From positions 462,823 through 526,822 of the forward strand of contig CP066690.1 in NCBI GenBank assembly GCA_016432465.1: 64,000 nucleotides of DNA, in the 5' to 3' direction. Under the pieces are notes generated by a model. It was not told where the DNA came from. It made no database searches and was given only the letters and a program-made list of their open reading frames with translations. A program made the translations under genes and the position numbers. Below are positions 57,508 through 64,000 of this stretch, one piece after another. This DNA comes from Candidatus Sungiibacteriota bacterium (GTDB taxonomy: Bacteria; Patescibacteriota; Minisyncoccia; Sungbacterales; HO2-52-23). The first letter of the stretch is position 1; the number at the start of each line of letters is the position of its first letter.

Positions 57508-57548
57508 CAAAAACCGTCCCTCTGTCAGTGACAGAGGGGCGGTTTTTG
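57508..57548. terminator. Bidirectional terminator
   Basis: CAAAAACCGTCCCTCTGTCA-G-TGACAGAGGGGCGGTTTTTG. Confidence 0.75.
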
Positions 57549-57587
57549 CTTGAAAGAGTTACGCGGCAAAGATATTATTGAATTGCT

Positions 57588-57660
57588 GTCCCTGTAGTTT
57601 AGCGGATAGAACACTGGCCTCCGAAGCCAGAGATCGGGGGTTCGAATCCTCCCAGGGACG
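57588..57660 (+). tRNA. tRNA-Arg(CCG)
   Basis: GTCCCTG/CAGGGAC acceptor, CTGGC-CTCCGAA-GCCAG; CCA not encoded. Confidence 0.92.
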
Positions 57661-57681
57661 TTCAAGGTTAGTAAAACCCGC

Positions 57682-58113
57682 ATGAAAGTCCGTATCCGAA
57701 GAATAGATAAATCTCTTCCTTTGCCGGGGTATAAAACCCAAGGCGCAGTTGCTTTTGATCTGGCGGCGCGTCTTTCCATGACCATTACCCCGCGGTCAGT
57801 TGCTTATATTCCCCTTAATGTGGCGTTGGAACCGCCGGAGGGCTATATGCTGCTCCTGGCAGCGCGCTCTTCTCTTCATAAAAAGGGTTTGATGCTGGCC
57901 AACGGCGTAGGAATCGGTGACCGTGATTTTTCCGGAAACGAGGACGAGTATCACGCCGCGCTTTATAATTTCACCGACGGCGAAGTTACTGTTGAGCGTG
58001 GAGAGAGGGTGGTGCAGGGGATGCTTAAACCCTACGAGAAAGCAGAATGGCACGAGGTGGAGGATTTAGAAAATATCTCCCGTGGAGGTTTTGGCACGAC
58101 TGGCCCATTTTAA
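57682..58113 (+). CDS. dut: dUTP diphosphatase
   Basis: AVAFDL, ARSS, NGVGIGDRDF, GERVVQG, RGGFGTTG. Confidence 0.93.
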   Translation: MKVRIRRIDKSLPLPGYKTQGAVAFDLAARLSMTITPRSVAYIPLNVALEPPEGYMLLLAARSSLHKKGLMLANGVGIGDRDFSGNEDEYHAALYNFTDGEVTVERGERVVQGMLKPYEKAEWHEVEDLENISRGGFGTTGPF

Positions 58114-58134
58114 CATCCTTCGGTATTATAGACG

Positions 58135-59346
58135 GTGATGGGGGTTTCTATTCTTATTATCTCTGGCAGAAAACCACGCCGCTCTGCGGTCCAGACGCGA
58201 GAGCTTCCCGCGAAGCGGGAGCTCCCGTCTCCGGGGATGAATGCCAGCCCGGAGTTACGGTCCGACAAGGGTCGGACCGAAGCGGAGGAGATAACCCCGC
58301 TTGAAGCCCGATCGCCAGGGCGATTTTCTGAAGACGAGCGAGGCTTGTCTGAAGAAAACCACGCCCCTCAGGGCGTGGCAGCGGTTATTTTTCTAGCGAT
58401 ATTTCTACTACCGCTTTTCACCAACGCGCAGGGGTTTAACAAAAACCTCTATTTTGGCATGAGAAACAACTCGGAGGTGGTAAGACTTCAGGAGTTCCTG
58501 CGCGATCTTGGCTATTTTACCTATCCCACATCAACCGGAAATTATTTTACAGCCACACTGAACGCCGTTAAGAAGTTCCAAAAAGATAATGGCATTCCGG
58601 CCATTGGCGGTTATTTTGGTCCGCAGTCGCGTACGATTGCCAACCGCCTTCTTTCTCCGGTAGAGGAGGCGACCTCGAGCGCCACAAAGACCGTCAAGAC
58701 AAAAACCTCCCCCTATAAAGGTAAAATTGTTATTAGTTTTGTTTCCGGCAAGAGCGAAGATCCAAAAGCAGAGTATTTGATTCTGGCAAATAAAACCGAA
58801 AAGGAAAAAGTTATTATATCCGATTGGTTTATAGAAATTTCGTCCGGAGCAAGATTTACAATACCCAAGGGATATGAGCTTCCCGGATTTTCGACTCTTC
58901 CCTCCGACCCCATCGCTCTTAGGCCTGGAGACCGTGCTACTATTACTGTTGGCCGACAGGAGAAAAACGCAGACTTCAGGCAAAATGTATGTACTGGTTA
59001 TTTTGACGAGGAGACTGTTTATAGTCCAACCCTTTCCCATCAGTGTCCGAGACCCGACACCGGCCGCCTTATCAGCCTCTCCGATCAGTGTCTTAGAATA
59101 ATTGATGCAACACCAACGTGTCGTCTATCCAGGCCCGGCCCCTACATTGATTCCGACTGCTCGCAATATCTGAACAGAAGCCTAAACTACACAGGCTGCG
59201 TTGCTGACTATCGTAATAGAAAAGATTTTTATTCTCAGGAGTGGCTGATCTGGATGCAGAAGAATCAGGAGTTTTTCCGCAATGTCCGCGAGCATATTAT
59301 TTTGCGCGACCCCCAAGGGCGGGTAGTGGACGAATATAGTTACTAA
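58135..59346 (+). CDS. Secreted protein with peptidoglycan-binding and lamin-tail-like domains; signal peptide interrupted by a 228-bp element
   Basis: EVVRLQEFL..LGY..TGNY..T..AVKKFQ..GYFGPQSR, EYLILAN..ISDW, Cys-rich C-terminus. Confidence 0.75.
   Translation: MMGVSILIISGRKPRRSAVQTRELPAKRELPSPGMNASPELRSDKGRTEAEEITPLEARSPGRFSEDERGLSEENHAPQGVAAVIFLAIFLLPLFTNAQGFNKNLYFGMRNNSEVVRLQEFLRDLGYFTYPTSTGNYFTATLNAVKKFQKDNGIPAIGGYFGPQSRTIANRLLSPVEEATSSATKTVKTKTSPYKGKIVISFVSGKSEDPKAEYLILANKTEKEKVIISDWFIEISSGARFTIPKGYELPGFSTLPSDPIALRPGDRATITVGRQEKNADFRQNVCTGYFDEETVYSPTLSHQCPRPDTGRLISLSDQCLRIIDATPTCRLSRPGPYIDSDCSQYLNRSLNYTGCVADYRNRKDFYSQEWLIWMQKNQEFFRNVREHIILRDPQGRVVDEYSY
58161..58388 (+). mobile_element. 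IS200/IS605-like non-autonomous element, in frame
   Basis: GCAGAAAACCACG...GGATGAATGC left end and CCACGCCC-CTCA-GGGCGTGG right hairpin match the 26775 element; follows TTAT and ends in TTAT. Confidence 0.65.
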
Positions 59347-59368
59347 GGAGTCCCCGCTTATTAATATT

Positions 59369-60700
59369 ATGAAATTATCATTCCACGGCGGTGCCCGGGA
59401 GGTGACAGGAGCGTGTTATCTTTTAGAGACCGCCCAAACAAAAATTCTTATTGATTGCGGACTTTTTCAGGGGTGCGACGAGTGCGCGGATTTAAATTTT
59501 GAGAAATTTAAGTTTGAGCCGCGAAAAATTGACCTGCTGGTTGTAACGCATGCCCACCTTGATCACGTGGGCCGGATCCCCAAACTTGTCCAAGAGGGAT
59601 TCTCCGGAAAAATTTATTCCACCGCTCCGACACAAGAATTGGCTCGTTTAATTTTGGAGGATGCGTTTCATCTGATGCGGCGCGACAGTAAAAAGATGTA
59701 TGACGAAGAGGATTTGGAAAAAACTTTCCGGCTTTGGGAGGACGTTCCTTATCACAAAATTCTTGAAACAGGGGATATAAAATTTCGTCTTAATAATGCC
59801 GGCCACATATTGGGCTCAAGCCTTGTTGAACTTTGGGCAGAGAATAAACATTGGCTTTTTAGCGGGGATCTTGGCAACTTGCCCTCTGCCCTTCTGCCCC
59901 CGCCGGAAACCTTCAAAAATATTGAATATTTGGTTTTGGAGTCAACTTATGGAAATCGCACTCACGAGGATCCGGGGGAAAGAGTACTGATGCTGGAGCG
60001 GGCGGTGGAGGACGTGACTGCGCGTCATGGGATGTTGATGATACCGGCTTTTGCTACAGAACGAACCCAAGACATCCTGTTTTTGTTGAACGAGATGCTG
60101 CTTTTCAAGCGTATTCCGGAGATTCCGGTTTTTGTGGATGCGCCGCTGGCGATTCGCGTGACATCAGTTTTTGAAAAATATACGGACCACTATAAGGAAG
60201 AAATCCGCGAGCTTTTCCGTCAACACCCCAATCTTTTTAAATTTAAAAAGTTGAAGTTTACCGAATCCGTTGAGGAGTCAAAGAAAATAAACGATGTTCC
60301 TCCGCCCAAAGTAGTAATCGCGGGTTCCGGTATGATGAATGGCGGAAGAATTTTACATCATGCGCGTCGTTATCTCCCCGACCCCAAAAGTATTTTATTG
60401 ATTATTGGGTACCAAGCGGCAGGTTCTTTGGGCCGGCGGCTTATTGACGGCGAAAAAACGGTAAAACTTTTTGGAGAAGAGATTTCGGTGGCAGCCGAGA
60501 TTAGAAAAATAAATGGTTTCTCGGCCCACGCTGATAATCCGCAGCTGTTTGACTTTGTTGACAGAAACCGCGATGCCCTGAAGCGCGTTTTTGTGGTTCA
60601 GGGCGAGGAGCCGCAGGCGCTTCATTTTATGCAGGAAATTAAAGATCGGCTTGGAGTTCAAGCCGACGCCCCTACGCTTTATCAAGAGTTTGAGATTTGA
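59369..60700 (+). CDS. MBL-fold beta-CASP RNA-processing nuclease
   Basis: GGAREVTG, THAHLDHVG, AGHILGS, SGDLG, ESTYG, FSAHAD. Confidence 0.93.
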   Translation: MKLSFHGGAREVTGACYLLETAQTKILIDCGLFQGCDECADLNFEKFKFEPRKIDLLVVTHAHLDHVGRIPKLVQEGFSGKIYSTAPTQELARLILEDAFHLMRRDSKKMYDEEDLEKTFRLWEDVPYHKILETGDIKFRLNNAGHILGSSLVELWAENKHWLFSGDLGNLPSALLPPPETFKNIEYLVLESTYGNRTHEDPGERVLMLERAVEDVTARHGMLMIPAFATERTQDILFLLNEMLLFKRIPEIPVFVDAPLAIRVTSVFEKYTDHYKEEIRELFRQHPNLFKFKKLKFTESVEESKKINDVPPPKVVIAGSGMMNGGRILHHARRYLPDPKSILLIIGYQAAGSLGRRLIDGEKTVKLFGEEISVAAEIRKINGFSAHADNPQLFDFVDRNRDALKRVFVVQGEEPQALHFMQEIKDRLGVQADAPTLYQEFEI

Positions 60701-60741
60701 CCGAGGGTGTGAAGAAGACGAGATACATAGGTCAGTAATAA

Positions 60742-60791
60742 CTTTTACGTAATCACCCCCTCACGATCGTGAGGGGGTGATTACGTAAAAG
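60742..60791. repeat. Perfect 50-bp palindrome
   Basis: CTTTTACGTAATCACCCCCTCACGA|TCGTGAGGGGGTGATTACGTAAAAG. Confidence 0.9.
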
Positions 60792-60866
60792 CTGATTTTA
60801 TGAACGACTGCGCAGGCGGTTGGAAAAATAAATAGCCGGTCGGGTCTTGCCCGAGCCGGCGAGTAT

Positions 60867-61202
60867 CTATGCAAGCCTTTCCACGTGGCCGACAAAGTAT
60901 CCCTGGCTTCCGTAGATCTTATACCAGCCTGATTCCGTAATCCTGAAGAGATGCCGCTCGAGACTTGCTGTAAGCGCTTTTATCTCATCCTCGGTTAGCT
61001 CATCACGCTTCAATCGTTCTACTGCGGCATCCAACATATTGATGTGTATAATCTGTGTTGTGCGGGGGTTGCACACCTTGTCATCGCCGTAACCCTTATC
61101 GGGGACGAAGAACAGAAGGTCATTTGTCGCATGTTTTCCAAGCGCAGTCAATAGACCATTTTGGTGGTTGTCTTTGATCAACGTGACCACGAAGTGGGCC
61201 AT
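60867..61202 (-). CDS. Orphan protein (stand-alone cassette)
   Basis: TTGACT-N17-TACAAT promoter (61232-61260), GGAGG SD, GCCGG...CCGGC terminator. Confidence 0.7.
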   Translation of the reverse strand: MAHFVVTLIKDNHQNGLLTALGKHATNDLLFFVPDKGYGDDKVCNPRTTQIIHINMLDAAVERLKRDELTEDEIKALTASLERHLFRITESGWYKIYGSQGYFVGHVERLA

Positions 61203-61322
61203 CAGGTCCCTCCGCATTTCGGGCCGATGTTATTGTACCAAACTGTTCATAAAAAGTCAAGTGTGGAAAAACTAGATTGTGGTATAATAGAGATAGTTTT
61301 AACTTTGAAGTTTTTGAGCATG

Positions 61323-61469
61323 ACCCCGCACTTATTTTGCGAGTTAGCCCATGGCGGCACGCTTCGCACGCAGAGGGGTTGGCTATTCGCCACCGCGTGC
61401 CGCACAAATTCTCGTCTTTCAGCATTGTTTGGGAGCCCTGCCAGTATCTTGGCAAAATAAGTGCGGGGT
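61323..61469. mobile_element. 147-bp MITE-like element
   Basis: 18-bp perfect TIRs ACCCCGCACTTATTTTGC / GCAAAATAAGTGCGGGGT. Confidence 0.7.
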
Positions 61470-61523
61470 TAAGTTTTTGTAGCGAAATTTATTTCGCTAC
61501 TGCTCATAAATTTCGACAAAAAC

Positions 61524-62099
61524 ATAAAACCCACACCCCACACCCATTTAAAATATAAAATCTGCGTCTCGGGAGCCGCAGAAACCAATTTTTGTTCCAA
61601 AGACACGTTGGAGAAAACCAAGGAGCTGGGAAGACAGGTGATTTGGCATAATTCCGTATTGGTAACTGGCGCAACAACTGGCGCGCCGCTTTGGGCCGCG
61701 ATTGGAGCCAAAGAGGCTGGGGGCTTTGTTATAGGTGTTTCGCCCGCATCCTCCGAGATTGAGCACGTAAAAAAATATAAACTACCCATAGATTACCACG
61801 ACATTATAGTTTATACTGGATTCGGGTATTCGGGGAGAAACCTGCTGCTTACGCGCGCTTCCGATGCCGTACTTTTTACTTGCGGAAGAATGGGGACCCT
61901 GAATGAGTTTACTATTGCTTTTGAGGACCAAAAGCCCATGGGTGTTTTGGTCGGCACCGGTGGCATGGCTGATGAAATGAAAGAGATTTTGGAGAAGGCG
62001 CACCGCGGCATGGGGAAAGTTATTTTTGACCCCGACCCTAAAAATTTGGTCGAAAAAGTATTAAAGTTGGTTAAAAAAGAAAAGGTCGTAGAGATTTAG
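61524..62099 (+). CDS. SLOG/LOG-family (TIGR00725-like) protein; start uncertain
   Basis: KICVSGAA, LVTGATTG, TGFGYSGRN, GRMGTLNE. The frame is open back to TAA 61506 with no ATG/GTG before TTG 61608. Confidence 0.8.
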   Translation: MKPTPHTHLKYKICVSGAAETNFCSKDTLEKTKELGRQVIWHNSVLVTGATTGAPLWAAIGAKEAGGFVIGVSPASSEIEHVKKYKLPIDYHDIIVYTGFGYSGRNLLLTRASDAVLFTCGRMGTLNEFTIAFEDQKPMGVLVGTGGMADEMKEILEKAHRGMGKVIFDPDPKNLVEKVLKLVKKEKVVEI

Positions 62100-62194
62100 A
62101 AGCAAAATTAGACGCCATAATAACGCAAAATTATACGCAAGTTTTGCGTTTATGGTTGCGTAATTGGTTGCGTTTATTATTGCTTCTACGAAAC

Positions 62195-62440
62195 ATGGAA
62201 GAACAAGTGGGCAAAATTATTCATTACTACGATAAGATCGGCGTAGGCGTGGTGCGGCTTGAGGGAGAACTCGGCGCGGGAGACACGGTTCACGTAAAAG
62301 GCAAGACGAGCGACTTTGAACAAACAGTGGAGTCCATGCAGGTTGACAGGAAAAATGTGGACTCCGGTAAAAAGGGAGAAGAGGTGGCGGTCAAGTTCAA
62401 CGAAAAAGCGCACGAAGGAGACATTGTATATAAAAAGTAG
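62195..62440 (+). CDS. Small translation-factor-like beta-barrel protein
   Basis: VGKIIHYYDKIGVG...GD..H.KG..DFEQ.VESMQ...G.EV..K...EGD.VYK. Confidence 0.75.
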   Translation: MEEQVGKIIHYYDKIGVGVVRLEGELGAGDTVHVKGKTSDFEQTVESMQVDRKNVDSGKKGEEVAVKFNEKAHEGDIVYKK

Positions 62441-62450
62441 GATTTTAAAT

Positions 62451-63578
62451 ATGGCGAAATTTTTGGAGGCCGTTTTGATATTGTCCGGCATGATTATCGG
62501 AGTGGGGATGTTTGGCATCCCTTTTTCGTTTGCCAGAGCCGGTTTTTGGTTGGGAGTGGTTGAACTTGCGATTCTTGCCGGAGTCATAACGCTTTTCCAC
62601 CTGCTTTACGGCAAGATTGTTCTTGCCACTCAAGGGGCGCATCGCCTGCCGGGTTATGTACGGTTTTACTTGGGAAGTAGGGCTGGAATAATTTCTTGGG
62701 CCTCGGCTCTTTTTGGTATTTCGCTTACCCTGCTTGCTTACGTCTTGGTCGGTTCATTTTTTTTGGATAATATTTTTAAAGTTTTCTGGAGCGGGTCAAA
62801 TCAGATTTTCTGGATGGGGGCCGTGGTTATGGTCGGCGCTGCCATTAACCTGTTCTCTTTAAAAAAAGAAGCATTAGTTAACGGGATTCTTACCGGAGTT
62901 CTTATTTTTTTTATTTTGGGGCTCATTTTTTTTCTTTTACCCCAAACAGCAACCCCCAACTTCACGGGATTTAACCCCGCAAATCTTTTTATACCTTATG
63001 GCGTGCTTCTTTTTGCGCTTTCGGGCGGCGTAGTTATTCCCGAGGTCATTGAAGTTTTGGGCAGAAACGTAAAAAAGGCCCAGAGCGCCATAATTATAGG
63101 GACACTGCTTCCGGCGCTGCTTTATTTATTTTTTGCGCTGGCTGTGGTTGGGGTTTCGGGGGCCGAAACCAGCGAAGATGCCATATCCGGTTTGCTGGCT
63201 GCAGGCAAAAATCTTATTTTTTGGGGAAGCGCGATTGGCTTTCTTGCGGTTTTCACGTCTTTTGTTGTACTCAATTCCAATTTTCAGTCGCTTCTTACGC
63301 TGGACCTCAAAATTTCTTCAAAAGTTTCGTGGTTTATTGTTTCTTTGCTGCCGGTTGCCCTTTATTTTGCCGGTTTTAAAAGTTTTGTGGCGGTTATTGC
63401 GGCCGTGGGGGCGCTCGCGGTAGGTATTGATTCGGCGCTGATCGTTGCTGCTCACTTTGTTTTGCGCCGTCGGGAAGGTTGGTTGCCTCGCCCGGCTTCT
63501 TATCTTTGGAGGTTTCTTTTGTATGGTATGATTGCAGCTGGCGTAGTTTATGAGCTTTTTAATATTTTATGGCTTTAA
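62451..63578 (+). CDS. Aromatic amino acid permease family transporter
   Basis: GMIIGVGMFGIP, PYGVLLFALSG, LAVFTSF, about 11 TMs. Confidence 0.85.
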   Translation: MAKFLEAVLILSGMIIGVGMFGIPFSFARAGFWLGVVELAILAGVITLFHLLYGKIVLATQGAHRLPGYVRFYLGSRAGIISWASALFGISLTLLAYVLVGSFFLDNIFKVFWSGSNQIFWMGAVVMVGAAINLFSLKKEALVNGILTGVLIFFILGLIFFLLPQTATPNFTGFNPANLFIPYGVLLFALSGGVVIPEVIEVLGRNVKKAQSAIIIGTLLPALLYLFFALAVVGVSGAETSEDAISGLLAAGKNLIFWGSAIGFLAVFTSFVVLNSNFQSLLTLDLKISSKVSWFIVSLLPVALYFAGFKSFVAVIAAVGALAVGIDSALIVAAHFVLRRREGWLPRPASYLWRFLLYGMIAAGVVYELFNILWL

Positions 63579-64000
63579 CGCGCGAGTCAACACAGCAGCC
63601 CTTTTGGGCAATGAGTATTGAAGAGGTTTTGCGGGGACTTGAGAGTTCGGGTGAGGGTTTAAAGGAGGAGGAGGCAAGGAGGCGCCAAAAAATTTTTGGA
63701 CCCAACGAAATTGAAGAGCGGCCGCACCTCGTTAAACTCAAAATTGTTTTAAACCAATTAAAAAGCCCCCTGATTCTGATTTTAATTTTTGCCGGGGTTC
63801 TTACTTTAGTACTTAGGGAATGGGTAGAGGCGGGGGTGGTTTTTGCTGCGGTATTGGTTAATACCGCCCTTGGTTTTTATCAGGAAAACAAAGCCGAGGA
63901 GGCCATAGCTTTTCTTAAAACCTATATTAGAGTACGCGCTCGTGTCAGAAGAAGCGGAGGGGAGCGGGAGATTGATGCCGCGGAGCTTGTTCCTGGAGAT
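63569..64000 (+). CDS. Cation-transporting P-type ATPase (5' part, runs off window)
   Basis: GL..EEARRRQ..FGPNE, NQLKSPLILIL, GFYQENKAE, ELVPGD. Confidence 0.9.
   Translation, partial: MALTRESTQQPFWAMSIEEVLRGLESSGEGLKEEEARRRQKIFGPNEIEERPHLVKLKIVLNQLKSPLILILIFAGVLTLVLREWVEAGVVFAAVLVNTALGFYQENKAEEAIAFLKTYIRVRARVRRSGGEREIDAAELVPGD

Noticed and set aside
61120-61558. Overlapping short ORFs around 61.1-61.5 kb
   Set aside because: They span divergent promoters and a TIR element and lack start signals.
1-64000. CRISPR array, rRNA, tmRNA, RNase P RNA, integrase or transposase genes
   Set aside because: No regularly spaced direct repeats, no rRNA-like sequence, no tmRNA or RNase P terminal motifs, and no recombinase or transposase ORF recognised.

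Overview
A 64-kb stretch of core chromosome spanning the replication origin (yidC-yidD-rnpA-rpmH <- -> dnaA-oriC-dnaN). Gene content and style point to a Patescibacteria/CPR (Parcubacteria-like) genome; this is an inference. Left of the origin lie dksA-like, comM, LysM/M23, pcrA and rsmA genes and a roughly 12-kb type-IV-secretion-like operon (VirB6-like, PrgI, VirB4, pilin, beta-propeller). Right of it lie PBP1A, tyrS, ruvCBA, pilB/gspE, tsaE, polA, mutM, holA, rpsT, uvrB, femX, murE, a fused E1 alpha/beta, hydrolases, four tRNAs, dut, a beta-CASP nuclease and transporters. Three signals are not explained by standard annotation. (1) Several families of short palindromic elements nest inside each other and sit in frame inside polA, uvrB, femX and a signal peptide; every coding insertion is a multiple of 3 long, and precise removal restores a family-typical or uninterrupted protein sequence. 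(2) Arrays of self-contained orphan mini-cassettes each carry a consensus sigma70 promoter, SD, small ORF or RNA, and terminator; one array is joined by a recurring TGTCATG hairpin related to SEC-C (SecA C-terminus) coding sequence. (3) There are unannotated structured RNAs: a 6S-like RNA, a ~200-nt sRNA, and hairpins and SD-led ORFs inside the tRNA operon. All calls were made by eye from the sequence; no searches or folding programs were run.
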